Source: a virus. From it: 64,000 nt of DNA. This document shows positions 34,818 to 45,200 of the stretch, piece by piece. The position numbers and the translations under genes are program-made. The stretch lies in IMG/VR virus record IMGVR_UViG_3300043410_001242; one strand, written 5' to 3'. How positions within the stretch are numbered: position 1 is the stretch's first letter; the number at the start of each line of letters is the position of its first letter. The notes under the pieces were generated by a model. It was not told the DNA's origin, ran no database searches, and saw only the letters and a program-made list of their open reading frames with translations.

Positions 34818-36479
34818 TTATCTATAACTTACCAATTGGTCATTTCGGACCTTTTTTTCTCCATTAAGTTGATATGAGGTACTACCTCTCACATTTGTAC
34901 TGATGTTATTGTTTGTGTTAAATATAGGTTGATCAGTTATTGATCCTATAGTCAATCTTTCATTCTGGGACATAACATCATTATATCTTGTTCCTGTTGG
35001 TGATGCCAATGTCATTTGTTCGGCCACAGATTTGTCAATATATTTTTTTATACTGGTTATCTGTTCCAAAGACCAATCACCCCATGACATATCAACACCC
35101 CATTGGCCACCTTGTTCTTGCACATAGTCTCTGGCTCTTTGTGTGGTGTTTCTTTCAAACCATTGTCCTATAGATTCATCTGTTCCCCATTGACCGCCAT
35201 GTTTTTTATTATATTCAATTGATTGTTGTCGTAGTTCTTCAAATGATGTTGGTATTTCAATATCATTCCTTTCAATATAGTCAATTGCTTTCTCCACAGC
35301 AAAAGAACCACCTATACCACCAACAATAGCACCTACCGCTGTTCCAAACACTGGTACAATTGAACCTATCATTGCACCTAAGGCCGCACCTCCTGCACCT
35401 CCAAGACCTGTAGCCACTATCTTTGACAGTTCCTTTTTGGCTTCTGTGTCTGAAATTTCACCTTTACTATGTTTATAGTATAGAGTACCAACTTCATAAG
35501 CAAGAGTCGCAAGGCCTACGGCACCTAAAATCTTTCCAAATTTACTTATAGTTTTGGCCACTTTCGAAGAAGTCTTTTCAACTTTTTCAGCAGTTGGTTT
35601 TGGTTCTTCAACCGTTGGTTCAACCGGTTTTGGTTGGGATCTCTGTTCTTGTGATTTCTTAAATCTTTCACTGCCTCTAGTTGGTTTTTTTGTTTGTTTG
35701 GTTGCTTTTCCAGTACCCTTTTCACCTTTCGTCTTTTCTTTGGGTTTCTCCGGTTCTTCAACCTTTGGTTGATCAATCTTAGTGCCTTTTGGTGGTTTAG
35801 GACCTTTTGGTGGTTTTTTCGGTTTTCTCATTAATGCTTTTCTGGTAGCCCAAGCCCCGGCACCAGCTGCAAGTAATCCTCCGCCAGCGGCCAGAAGACC
35901 ACCACCAATACCTTTAACCGTATTAAGAATTGATTCAAATGGATTAACTCCATCAGCGGAATCAGCACCTTTACCATCTACTTTAGGAATCAATCCAGCA
36001 ATCATTGCTTTAAGATTATCGTCAGATTGCTTTCGTATCTTTTTCTCTTGTTTCAGTAAAGCAAGTTCTTCTTTTTTCTTTCTGTCATGTGATTTCTTTA
36101 ACAACACATATATTTTGGTGACGATATCTGTGACACCATCATCACGTTTTAAAGGAACTACACTACTTGAATTGAAGTGTGCATAAAGTGGATCTTTCGT
36201 TCTAGTTCTCTTTTTACCACCAGCAAAATGTTGAATATCTTCATTTGTTCTGCCCATCATTTTTCCGAGCAAAACGGTTGGAAGCGCGGAGCCTCCCGAA
36301 AAAAATTTCACGACATTTAAAGGGTCAAATTTCTCTTTGATCCTAGTGCGTTTCGCAGTTATCTTTTGAGAGACAGAAGATCCTATTGATTTACCAATAC
36401 TTTCATCAGACAACAACTTCTCAACTATCAAATCAGATAGTGATCTACTACCAACGTTTCTTGCTTCTGAATAATTCAT
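34818..36479 (-). CDS. Tail/baseplate-hub (tape-measure-like) protein, paralog of 36490
   Basis: Shared N-terminal IKEKFDPLN..GGSAL..GR..DI.HFAG; glycine-zipper segments. Confidence 0.55.
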   Translation of the reverse strand: MNYSEARNVGSRSLSDLIVEKLLSDESIGKSIGSSVSQKITAKRTRIKEKFDPLNVVKFFSGGSALPTVLLGKMMGRTNEDIQHFAGGKKRTRTKDPLYAHFNSSSVVPLKRDDGVTDIVTKIYVLLKKSHDRKKKEELALLKQEKKIRKQSDDNLKAMIAGLIPKVDGKGADSADGVNPFESILNTVKGIGGGLLAAGGGLLAAGAGAWATRKALMRKPKKPPKGPKPPKGTKIDQPKVEEPEKPKEKTKGEKGTGKATKQTKKPTRGSERFKKSQEQRSQPKPVEPTVEEPKPTAEKVEKTSSKVAKTISKFGKILGAVGLATLAYEVGTLYYKHSKGEISDTEAKKELSKIVATGLGGAGGAALGAMIGSIVPVFGTAVGAIVGGIGGSFAVEKAIDYIERNDIEIPTSFEELRQQSIEYNKKHGGQWGTDESIGQWFERNTTQRARDYVQEQGGQWGVDMSWGDWSLEQITSIKKYIDKSVAEQMTLASPTGTRYNDVMSQNERLTIGSITDQPIFNTNNNISTNVRGSTSYQLNGEKKVRNDQLVSYR

Positions 36480-36489
36480 CTAGAATCTC

Positions 36490-38094
36490 TTAATTTCTTA
36501 GTATTGCCGGCAAATCGGAATTATCTTCTTCCATAGTATAAACAACTTTATCACCAGGCTGATATGTGAAGTTGACATTGTTTCCAACACTAAACAAAGA
36601 AACACTTTGTTTCAGAGTTTCTTTTATTTCTTTGTTTTCGGTTGAAATGTTTGACATATAAGTTCCAACTTCTTTCTTAGGGGTTTGTGCAGTAGTCTTG
36701 CTCATCAATTTAGCTGAAAACTCTTCTGAACTCACCTTAGTGGCCAACTGGGTAGGTTCGGTTCTGGTCTTAGTTGTTTGTGCGGATTTATTTGCATTAT
36801 TCTTTGTGGAACTGGATACAGATTGAACTTCAGATGTTTTGTTTGCCGATTTATCCTGCATTTCAGATGAATCCTTTGGTTGACTGTATTCATCGGATAC
36901 TAATTTGTTCTGTATATTTGCACCCTGTATTTGTTCAACTGTTCCTTCTTTAAATCCTTCAACCTTCTGCATAGCGTTCATGATAGATGTTCTTTCTGAG
37001 GGTGTATACTCACTCATAATTTTGTCTGATCCACCCACAGCAGATAAAACAGAATTTCTATACATACCAGTATCGTTTTCGGATGGTGGTGCATATCTCG
37101 CAATTGCTTCAGACAATTTGAGGTTCCTGTATGATTTTCCGGAAAAAATCAATTCCTCTTTAGCTTTTCTTCCGACTTCATATGACGGAAAAATAGCAAA
37201 ACGTCCATCCGTTCCTATAGCACCTTGACTTTTGGCAAAGGGACCATATTCTATGTTGCCAGGATTATTATTTCTCCAATTTCTCCTACCTTTTTGTTTT
37301 TCCACAGAACCATCTGGCCTTTTAACAATATTGTATCCTTCTCCAGTTTCAACAACTGAAGCAATAACATTACTTCCATAAATCACAGCCGCAGCTCCGG
37401 CAGCAACGGTTGCTGCTCGTCTTACACCAGAAGATATTGCTGAAAAAACTCTCTCTGAAGTTCCAGTTCCACCCTTGGTTTTATCGTCAGGTTTTGTATC
37501 ACTTTCTTTTCTTTTTTTGTCTTCATCTTTCTTCTGTTCTTGTTGCTTTCTGGCTTTTTCATTGATTTTCTTTGCCTTCAGTGCAACCTTTTTAATTTGA
37601 CGAATGACTTCTTCATTACGTCTTTGTTCTTCTTCAATGCGTTCTTGTTGAAAGTCCTTTCTCAATTGTGCTGCAAGTTTTTCATCATCATCAATTGTTT
37701 TGAACAACGTATATAACTTGCCTAAGGCATCAGCAAAACTATCATTAACTCTAATATTATCTTGAGTCCTTTTGACCATACCCAGTAATAGCGGATCTTT
37801 CTTTTGTTTTGCCTTGCCTGTGCCTGCAAAATGTTCTATGTCTTGAGAACTTCTTCCCATCATTCGACCTAGAAGTGCAGGACCAAGTGCAGATCCACCC
37901 ATCATCATCTTCGCAATATTTAATGGATCAAATTTCTCTTTAATACCAGTAACATTGGCCAAAAGTGATTCAGATATAGACTGGGAAAAAGAAGAAGAGA
38001 TGCCTTCTCCCGAAAGCAATCTCTCTGTGATTTGATTTGATAGTCCAGACTGTCTTATTTGTCTAGCACTAGAATAAGATAATTTATTGGCCAT
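36490..38094 (-). CDS. Tail/baseplate-hub protein with lysozyme-like domain
   Basis: RNNNPGNI...FAIF...G...AIARYAPPSENDT..Y; coiled coil. Confidence 0.65.
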   Translation of the reverse strand: MANKLSYSSARQIRQSGLSNQITERLLSGEGISSSFSQSISESLLANVTGIKEKFDPLNIAKMMMGGSALGPALLGRMMGRSSQDIEHFAGTGKAKQKKDPLLLGMVKRTQDNIRVNDSFADALGKLYTLFKTIDDDEKLAAQLRKDFQQERIEEEQRRNEEVIRQIKKVALKAKKINEKARKQQEQKKDEDKKRKESDTKPDDKTKGGTGTSERVFSAISSGVRRAATVAAGAAAVIYGSNVIASVVETGEGYNIVKRPDGSVEKQKGRRNWRNNNPGNIEYGPFAKSQGAIGTDGRFAIFPSYEVGRKAKEELIFSGKSYRNLKLSEAIARYAPPSENDTGMYRNSVLSAVGGSDKIMSEYTPSERTSIMNAMQKVEGFKEGTVEQIQGANIQNKLVSDEYSQPKDSSEMQDKSANKTSEVQSVSSSTKNNANKSAQTTKTRTEPTQLATKVSSEEFSAKLMSKTTAQTPKKEVGTYMSNISTENKEIKETLKQSVSLFSVGNNVNFTYQPGDKVVYTMEEDNSDLPAILRN

Positions 38095-38298
38095 TTATCG
38101 TTTTGAATTATTCTTTTGTTTTATCTTCTCATTCTCTTCTTCCACATGTCTAATCAATAATGTAATATAAATTTCTCTTTCCCACGGTAACATATTTTCC
38201 AATTCTGTCAAACTATACTTGTGGTGTTGCATTAACGAAAAATTCGTAGTATAATAGTTCTTCAGATTATCATGACGAAAAGTTAGACGAAAAAATCC
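38095..38298 (-). CDS. Baseplate hub assembly chaperone, T4 gp51-like (probably reached by -1 frameshift)
   Basis: HDNLKNYYTTNFSLMQHHKYSLTELENMLPWEREIYITLL; first ATG only at 38232; not in ORF track. Confidence 0.8.
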   Translation of the reverse strand, partial: GFFRLTFRHDNLKNYYTTNFSLMQHHKYSLTELENMLPWEREIYITLLIRHVEEENEKIKQKNNSKR

Positions 38299-39005
38299 TC
38301 AAGTCCCTCCACATGTATTACATGGTCGAAACCACATCTACTGCACTTAACATCCAAAGTCTTATTCAATTTAGGAAGATTATCAAAGAAACTTTCTATC
38401 TTACTGAATTGATTATGACTTAGTGATTCAATAAAAGAAATCAATTCTTTCTTTGGTGTTTCACTTGCATAGTAATACTGTTCACCATCAAAAACATAAT
38501 CAATACTATCAACAATCATATTGATAGCCAGTTCTGTTATGTCTTTAACTTCAGCAAACTGTTTTATTGATCCAAATTTTGGATAATTCAACTTTATAAA
38601 GATCTGTTCCGTCAATTGTATAAGACTGTCTTCAGAAGTTTTATCTGCTTTAATTTCAAGAATGTCAACACTTGTTTCCATAATGTTTCCACATTCTCTA
38701 CCTTCGACCTCATTGTTGCATCTATATTTCAAATCTACTACTTCACCAATCGATCTGGCTCTCAGATTTAAAAAGTAATATTCAATATCAACAACAGGTA
38801 AAGAATCAAAATCGATATCTTCGTTAATTGTACAATTAATTAAAACTTGTTTTATGTTCTTCTCGATGGTATCCGAATCATCTGCTTCTAATGCCATCAT
38901 CAAATTTTTCTGTTCTTTGACCAAAAATGGTCTAAATTTTATAATGGTTCCCGATAACGGTAATGTTATATCATAAACCGGTGTGTCAATTTTTGGCAAA
39001 GCCAT
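38283..39005 (-). CDS. Baseplate hub assembly protein, T4 gp26-like
   Basis: MALPKI..P.Y...FRPFLVKEQK...LRARSIGE...C..C...EGL.DFF. Confidence 0.92.
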   Translation of the reverse strand: MALPKIDTPVYDITLPLSGTIIKFRPFLVKEQKNLMMALEADDSDTIEKNIKQVLINCTINEDIDFDSLPVVDIEYYFLNLRARSIGEVVDLKYRCNNEVEGRECGNIMETSVDILEIKADKTSEDSLIQLTEQIFIKLNYPKFGSIKQFAEVKDITELAINMIVDSIDYVFDGEQYYYASETPKKELISFIESLSHNQFSKIESFFDNLPKLNKTLDVKCSRCGFDHVIHVEGLEDFFV

Positions 39006-39027
39006 AGTTTAAAAACCTCCAAATCAA

Positions 39028-39612
39028 TTATAGTCCAAAAATACCTGATATTCCTTGAACTCCCAAGTTATTTGCAATAGAATTAACAGTACCTTCTTGC
39101 CAATTAGTGTAAGCAAAGACCACAGTTAATCTATGATAGTTGTCAGCCGTCCAATCCAAATCTAATTGATTCACCACTAAAGGATACGCATCAATCAAAA
39201 CCGATTTATATGTGACCTTGTTTTGCATATCATATTGTGTGATAGCAATGTCAGTCGAATAATTGTTTTTATACTTGAAGTTATACGTTGAAGAAGGATT
39301 GATATATTCCATCCATTGATCAAAAAACAACCTTTCTTGCATATCACCACCAACAATAAATGTCATTTGAACATCGTTGTACATGGTTTGATATGGATAC
39401 TTTTGTAGTGGTGCAGAACCAATCTTTCTTTCTGTTGTAGCAAAAGTTCTTCCAGGCAACTCAGTAACTTCACATCTAAAGTTTAACTGTTGTGCAACAT
39501 CTTTATAGAATGGAGCTAAAGCAACAGGTATAGGAATTTGCACATCAAAACGTGATGGTCTAGCTAAATCTTTTTTGAAAGTGGATACAAAGTCTCTGAC
39601 ATTGGATCTCAT
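39028..39612 (-). CDS. Tail tube family protein (gp19/gp54-like)
   Basis: LARPSRFDV...C....LPG...FF..W...AYP...L.V.FAY. Confidence 0.8.
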   Translation of the reverse strand: MRSNVRDFVSTFKKDLARPSRFDVQIPIPVALAPFYKDVAQQLNFRCEVTELPGRTFATTERKIGSAPLQKYPYQTMYNDVQMTFIVGGDMQERLFFDQWMEYINPSSTYNFKYKNNYSTDIAITQYDMQNKVTYKSVLIDAYPLVVNQLDLDWTADNYHRLTVVFAYTNWQEGTVNSIANNLGVQGISGIFGL

Positions 39613-39613
39613 T

Positions 39614-40234
39614 TTAATTTTCTCTTATTTCTTGTAGTGAATCTTGCCAAACTGTTGATACTGGTGCCTTTCTGAACGCTTGTACAGGTAACATACACGC
39701 CACATCCCACTCATCAGGCATTACAGCCAAAACTCTGGACTTTATATGACTGTTCAGGTATCTCTTTACACAGGGCCTAAACTCTTTATAACGTCTTGTG
39801 GTTTGAAGTATATCATAAGTAATCTTGACTCGTTTTATCTCGTCATTATCATCATAAATTGCCCTGCCCATGAGTTTGTTTAGAAATACAGCACGATAAG
39901 CTGGCGGCAAATAATGAAAATTCAGTCCAAGAAAACCATCTGAATATTTTTCAAGAGGCATGACCAAAGGAAACATATCATAATAAGGCAGATCGGCTTT
40001 AGTCTTAGGATTATAGTAATAAAAATACAGACCACCTAAAAGGAACTTAGTGTTGGTGCCCAGTAAAAATTTATTTCTATATCTTTCCTTCTCTGAATTG
40101 ATATCTCTTCGTATCAATCCTGGATTTTTAATTTGTGTTACCTTATTATTGAGCCAACGAATCGACTCGCGACTCATCATTTGAAGTTGAGCCGCTGATT
40201 TATTTTGTGTAAGTTCTGTTAGTTTGGATGCCAT
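39614..40234 (-). CDS. DNA end protector, T4 gp2-like
   Basis: Y.PKTK..LPYYD.FPLV...GFLGLNFHYLP...PCVKRYL..H. Confidence 0.92.
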   Translation of the reverse strand: MASKLTELTQNKSAAQLQMMSRESIRWLNNKVTQIKNPGLIRRDINSEKERYRNKFLLGTNTKFLLGGLYFYYYNPKTKADLPYYDMFPLVMPLEKYSDGFLGLNFHYLPPAYRAVFLNKLMGRAIYDDNDEIKRVKITYDILQTTRRYKEFRPCVKRYLNSHIKSRVLAVMPDEWDVACMLPVQAFRKAPVSTVWQDSLQEIREN

Positions 40235-40242
40235 GACAGTAT

Positions 40243-40713
40243 TTAGTTGAGCATTAATTCGTTTTCGGTCAAGTATTTAAATTCAATACCATCAGTGGAA
40301 CACATAACCACAAACGTCCATTTCCTATCTTTGCAGTAATCAATTGCTGCCTTCCATTTGGCTTGATTGACACCCCATGTGACAACTTCTTGAATATATT
40401 GTTTAGTCACTCGACTCTTCTTTGTTGGTGGTTTGGACTGTTTCTCTGGTTTGACCTCGACCATCATGGTCTTTATGTTGCCATCTTTAGTTCTCACCTT
40501 CACGATGAAGTCTGGAAAGTACCTGTGTCTTCTTCCATCGACAGGAGAGATATATGGAATGGCCATTTCTTCCGATGACCAAGAGAGAATGTCTGGTCTT
40601 TTGTCGAATGTGTCCATCACCTTGCATTCCCAAGATGACCTATAGATTATGTTTGTTGGATCACCATTATACTTTTGTGGATTTCGTGGTGAAAATTTGC
40701 CTTTATACGCCAT
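40243..40713 (-). CDS. Head completion nuclease, T4 gp4-like
   Basis: YKGKF.P.NP.KY.GD...YRSSWE...W.SEE...HRYFPDF...EVKP...NQAKW.AA. Confidence 0.95.
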   Translation of the reverse strand: MAYKGKFSPRNPQKYNGDPTNIIYRSSWECKVMDTFDKRPDILSWSSEEMAIPYISPVDGRRHRYFPDFIVKVRTKDGNIKTMMVEVKPEKQSKPPTKKSRVTKQYIQEVVTWGVNQAKWKAAIDYCKDRKWTFVVMCSTDGIEFKYLTENELMLN

Positions 40714-40718
40714 AAATA
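40711..40718 (+). promoter_or_regulatory. T4-type late promoter for baseplate operon
   Basis: CATAAATA upstream of 40747. Confidence 0.55.
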
Positions 40719-40746
40719 CTATATATAAAAATTTCTAGGTACCTAA

Positions 40747-41928
40747 ATGGCAACAATCGACATACTACCTCTCAGCATAGACGGTGTGAGACCACCACTA
40801 AATCTGCTGTATGAGTTATTCTCTGGTAAAATAAACACACAGAACTTGATGTATCCATTGGACTTAGCGACAAATCCAAATTATGGTCACGCAGTACAAT
40901 TCACTGCTTTTGATTATGAATATCCTTTAGCGTCTGCTGTTGGTAATGTATTCAATGCAGATAATTTGACTGATGCATTAGGCAGATTAGGAAACTTGGC
41001 TGCGGATCCTCAAACATTTAATCCTATGGGGTTGAGACCCAGAAAGACAGCACCTCTGGCAACAATATCGTTATACATGCCAGACACTTTAGCATTTGAT
41101 TATAACCACAATTACGGTGAAATAAGTTTAACTGAGACTTTAGGTGGAGCCGCGTTATTGGGTTCTGCAATTGCTGATGTTGGCGCCAAAATGCAGGGCA
41201 AAGATGACAGTAACGGAAATTACACACAATTATTAGCCAAAGGTGCATCACTGTATGGAGTATCCAAGTTTGCGGGACAAGACATAGCTGGAGTTCTTGG
41301 TAATGCCATGAAGACAGTTCCAAACCCGCAGTTGCAATTGTTATATAAGGGTATTGGTCTTAGAGAGTTTCAATTTGAATTTAGATTCACACCAAATTCC
41401 AAAAAAGAAGCACAGTCGGTCGAAGAGATTATCAAATCTTTCACCTACTATTCCGTACCTAGACTCCTGGGCGCTCAGAGTCACCAATATCTAGAACCAC
41501 CACAGATATTTCAAATTAAATTCGCATTCACTGGTGGAACAGGTTTATCTGGTGCTGTGTCCGACTTCTTTAGAAATATAGGAACAAACATTCTAACAAG
41601 TCAAATATCAGGTAGTTTGTTTGGTTCGAACCCACTAAACTCAAACACAGCACCAACAGCCAAAATATTTGAAATATATAGTGATTGTGTTTTGACCAAC
41701 ATGAACATTGACTATGCACCTAATGGTTGGGCTGCACACGATGATGGTTATCCAGTTGAAATCAGATTGACCTTACAGTTTAAAGAATTGGACATTGTAA
41801 CGAAAGACAATATACGTCCTCCAAACACAGCTGGTTTTTTTGGGGGCAACTTAGGACCGACTAATTTACAGGACGCGGTCAGACAATCATTCCCTTCATT
41901 CGATCAAATGTTTCCAAATTTAAAGTAA
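40747..41928 (+). CDS. Baseplate tail-tube cap, T4 gp48-like
   Basis: ISLYMP; NP..QLLY.G...REFQF.F.F.P; CVLTN...DYAP; L.LQF.E. Confidence 0.85.
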   Translation: MATIDILPLSIDGVRPPLNLLYELFSGKINTQNLMYPLDLATNPNYGHAVQFTAFDYEYPLASAVGNVFNADNLTDALGRLGNLAADPQTFNPMGLRPRKTAPLATISLYMPDTLAFDYNHNYGEISLTETLGGAALLGSAIADVGAKMQGKDDSNGNYTQLLAKGASLYGVSKFAGQDIAGVLGNAMKTVPNPQLQLLYKGIGLREFQFEFRFTPNSKKEAQSVEEIIKSFTYYSVPRLLGAQSHQYLEPPQIFQIKFAFTGGTGLSGAVSDFFRNIGTNILTSQISGSLFGSNPLNSNTAPTAKIFEIYSDCVLTNMNIDYAPNGWAAHDDGYPVEIRLTLQFKELDIVTKDNIRPPNTAGFFGGNLGPTNLQDAVRQSFPSFDQMFPNLK

Positions 41929-41934
41929 TAAGCG

Positions 41935-42555
41935 ATGAAGTATTTTCAATCATTACCACTGTTGTCAATGAAAGACCCCAATAATAACACTATTGTGGTC
42001 AACAATCTACTATCAAGAAATTATTTTCTTCCTAAGTTAATAAAAAACTTTTCTCTATTCTATGAATATGAAATAAAAGAAGGTGACACACCAGAGAACA
42101 TTGCATATAGATATTATGATGACATATATCGTTATTGGATTGTTCTGTACTCAAATAACATTTTAGACTTTCAAGCTCAATGGCCATTAACAACATCTGA
42201 GTTTGAATCGTATTTAAAAGATAAGTATAAAGATGTTGGTGGTCAGAGCATTATTGCTTATACACTGTCCACTGTACATCATTATGAGAAGTTAATATAC
42301 ACCTCAGAGAACACATCAAGCAAAGAAAAACTGACAAGAATTAATATTGATGAAGGCACATATAATTCATTGATGGAATCCAGCGTAGAAAAGACAAAAT
42401 CTGGTGTCACATATAGAATGAGAATTACCAAAAATGCAGTCTCAATTTACAATTATGAATTTGAATTGAATGAGAGTAAGAGAAAAATAAATCTACTGAA
42501 GAAAGAATACTCCACAGACGCAGAAAAACAATTTCAAGATTTGATGGTACAATAG
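41935..42555 (+). CDS. Baseplate wedge subunit, T4 gp53-like
   Basis: YF..LP; GDTPENIA..YY...WIVL..N; WPL; HHYE; NE.KR.I.LL. Confidence 0.9.
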   Translation: MKYFQSLPLLSMKDPNNNTIVVNNLLSRNYFLPKLIKNFSLFYEYEIKEGDTPENIAYRYYDDIYRYWIVLYSNNILDFQAQWPLTTSEFESYLKDKYKDVGGQSIIAYTLSTVHHYEKLIYTSENTSSKEKLTRINIDEGTYNSLMESSVEKTKSGVTYRMRITKNAVSIYNYEFELNESKRKINLLKKEYSTDAEKQFQDLMVQ

Positions 42556-42556
42556 T

Positions 42557-43975
42557 ATGGATATTCTGAATACTATTACAGAGTTAGGTGAAATAACTGT
42601 AACAACTTCAAGATATGATTCGATTAACGAACCAACAAGAAGTTCTACTGTTTCGCAGATTAAAAACTTATCTTACCCAACCGACTATAATCTAAGAGAG
42701 GTAAGATTAACAAGCGCCACAATAGGTGATCTTGACCTTAAAGAGTATTTGGTTGAGTTAAATTACTTTGAAGACATATACAGTAATTTTGTATCAGGTA
42801 AAATTGTACTCTCTGACTCAGTGGGTGTTATTTTTCTTGGTGGTTTAAATGGTAGTGAATCACTATCATTAGAGTTTGCTAAAGGTCAAGGTGGAAAAAC
42901 AATAAAACAAACTTTCAGAATATTCTCATTGTCTGATAGGCATCATGATATTAGTCACAGTTATGAGAACTTCACATTGAATTTTTGTTCAGAAGAATTA
43001 TTGATGTCTGAAAAGTATAGAATCAGTAAGTCATACAAAAACAAAACAATATCAAATATCATTGAAGACTTACTAAAAAACGCTCTAAAAACAAATAAAG
43101 ACCTGAACATAGAACAATCTTCTGGCAATTATGACTTTGTGTTGCCCAACAAAAAAATTTTTGAAACCATCAACTGGTTGTCGTCATACGCTTTGCCGTA
43201 TTCTAAGCCAGGCGCGGATATGATATTGTTTGAGAATGCAAAAGGTTATCATTTTAAGTCATTGCAATCATTGTACGAACAAACTCCTATTTTTGAGTTT
43301 GAATATAATCCTAAAAATGTCAAGTTGAATTATCAACAGAATTTTTTCCACACCCAAACACACAACATATTCAATTTGGAAGTTATGAATAACTTCAACA
43401 CATTGGATGCAACAAATAAGGGTGTTTTTAATAATCGTCTAATAACTATTGATACAATCAATAGAACTAAAAAAATTACAGATTTTAAGTATGATGAATA
43501 CTTCAGTAAGAGCAAGAAACTGAATAGAAATGATGTTACTACAAATAATAAGAATCAGGTATATGTAGATAGGTTCAATAAAGCCTTGTATGATAGTCCT
43601 CCCGACGATAAGGACGCAGGTAAATTGCAGGTGTGCATTGGAAACTCAGAACAATATAACACCAGATACCTAAAAGAAAATTCTGATTATATACCAAAAG
43701 ATTTCTTTATTGAAAAAAGTTTCTCACACAGAAACGCACAATTGTTATTATCAAATTATATAAGAATAAAGATTGTAGTTCCAGGAAACTCCGACATACT
43801 GGTTGGTTCTGTAGTAACAGTTAAGGTGTTCGAAACAAAACAGATAACAAAAAATGATGTTAAAAAAGAAGACACATATCTATCTGGAAAATATCTGGTG
43901 ACCGCGATCAGACACATAATAAATTCAACAAGATACACCTCAGTTATTGAACTTGCAAAAGAAAGCAACATATGA
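42557..43975 (+). CDS. Baseplate hub protein (gp27-like)
   Basis: YFEDI...SG...D; FEN..GYHF.S; I.VPG; LSGKYLV.AIRH; position before gp5. Confidence 0.7.
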   Translation: MDILNTITELGEITVTTSRYDSINEPTRSSTVSQIKNLSYPTDYNLREVRLTSATIGDLDLKEYLVELNYFEDIYSNFVSGKIVLSDSVGVIFLGGLNGSESLSLEFAKGQGGKTIKQTFRIFSLSDRHHDISHSYENFTLNFCSEELLMSEKYRISKSYKNKTISNIIEDLLKNALKTNKDLNIEQSSGNYDFVLPNKKIFETINWLSSYALPYSKPGADMILFENAKGYHFKSLQSLYEQTPIFEFEYNPKNVKLNYQQNFFHTQTHNIFNLEVMNNFNTLDATNKGVFNNRLITIDTINRTKKITDFKYDEYFSKSKKLNRNDVTTNNKNQVYVDRFNKALYDSPPDDKDAGKLQVCIGNSEQYNTRYLKENSDYIPKDFFIEKSFSHRNAQLLLSNYIRIKIVVPGNSDILVGSVVTVKVFETKQITKNDVKKEDTYLSGKYLVTAIRHIINSTRYTSVIELAKESNI

Positions 43976-44289
43976 TAAACAAGAACACTTTTCTAGGCAG
44001 AGATGATTTTATTTGGTGGATTGGTGAGATTGAGAATAGAAAAGATCCACTCAAGTTGGGTAGATGCCAAGTCAGAATATCGGGATGGCACACAGACAGT
44101 AAGGAACAATTACCCACCATAGACTTGCCTTGGGCTCAGGTTATACTACCAGTCAACAACTCAAGAGTAATCAATCCACCAAACCTTGGTGATTGGGTTG
44201 TGGGATTCTTCATGGACGGAGAGAATGCACAGTTTCCATTGATAATGGGTGTTATACCTGGCATCAAACAAGATCAACAAAATACATAA
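43972..44289 (+). CDS. gp5 N-terminal OB-fold domain as a stand-alone ORF
   Basis: WWIG.IE.R.DP..LGR.QVRI.G.H...LPWA...WVVGFFMDG..AQ.P.IMG. Confidence 0.9.
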   Translation: MINKNTFLGRDDFIWWIGEIENRKDPLKLGRCQVRISGWHTDSKEQLPTIDLPWAQVILPVNNSRVINPPNLGDWVVGFFMDGENAQFPLIMGVIPGIKQDQQNT

Positions 44290-44303
44290 GACAGGTGATA
44301 TAA

Positions 44304-45191
44304 ATGGCAGAGCAACCACCTAAACCTAGTGTTTCGCCGCAACCAACATCAACTTCGTTTACAACAGTAACAAACAACATAAAGTTCACAGATAACTCGG
44401 CGAACCTGCAAAAAAAGGTTGATAGCACAAAAATACAGGAACAAAATCCTTGTCCAAAATCGGATAGTGGTATTCAGTGGGGAAAAAGTAAAACCACCGG
44501 CGTTAAATGGTCTGGTGGTGGTTTCTCATTAACAGAATATAATCCACCAAAACTAACAAAGAAAGCCGGACCCAACGGTGGCCCGGCCGTTGGAACTCCA
44601 ACAACAAATACTCCATATCAAGATATTAGATGTGGAAATCTTCTAGATAAACCCATTGAATTCAAATGTAGTTTGGTATCAAACATTAAATTGAAATCTT
44701 GTTTGTTCCAATTCGAAGCACAAATTGAAAACTACATTGATGAACAATTGAAGATTGCTTGGTCATACATACAATCATTATTTCCAGGTGTTGACTATTT
44801 CATCAAGTTGGCAAACACAATATGTAGAGTTCTAAATGAATTTCAACGTGTTATGTGTATCATACAACAGATTATGGAATGTATATTGAGTACAATACAA
44901 TTCGTAACACAATTAGTTTCATGGGCACTATCATTACCAATGCAGTTCTTAGCCAATCTTATGCAATGTATAACTGGGTTTTTAGGAGGAATAACTGGTG
45001 GTATGACTAGTTTGCTTCGTGCTTTAGGCATGGCATTCTCTTCCATATTCAAGTGTAAAGGTTTTGAATGTGCCTCTATCACCAGTGCATACGACATTGG
45101 TGATACTGCTGCCGGTGTAGGAACAGATTTCACACAAATTGACGATGAGTGGGCAAAAGATTATTCAAACTCAACCGTGAAAACACAATAG
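44304..45191 (+). CDS. Hypothetical Cys-rich helical protein within the gp5 locus
   Basis: ORF between the two gp5 pieces. Confidence 0.7.
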   Translation: MAEQPPKPSVSPQPTSTSFTTVTNNIKFTDNSANLQKKVDSTKIQEQNPCPKSDSGIQWGKSKTTGVKWSGGGFSLTEYNPPKLTKKAGPNGGPAVGTPTTNTPYQDIRCGNLLDKPIEFKCSLVSNIKLKSCLFQFEAQIENYIDEQLKIAWSYIQSLFPGVDYFIKLANTICRVLNEFQRVMCIIQQIMECILSTIQFVTQLVSWALSLPMQFLANLMQCITGFLGGITGGMTSLLRALGMAFSSIFKCKGFECASITSAYDIGDTAAGVGTDFTQIDDEWAKDYSNSTVKTQ

Positions 45192-45200
45192 GTCTTTATA

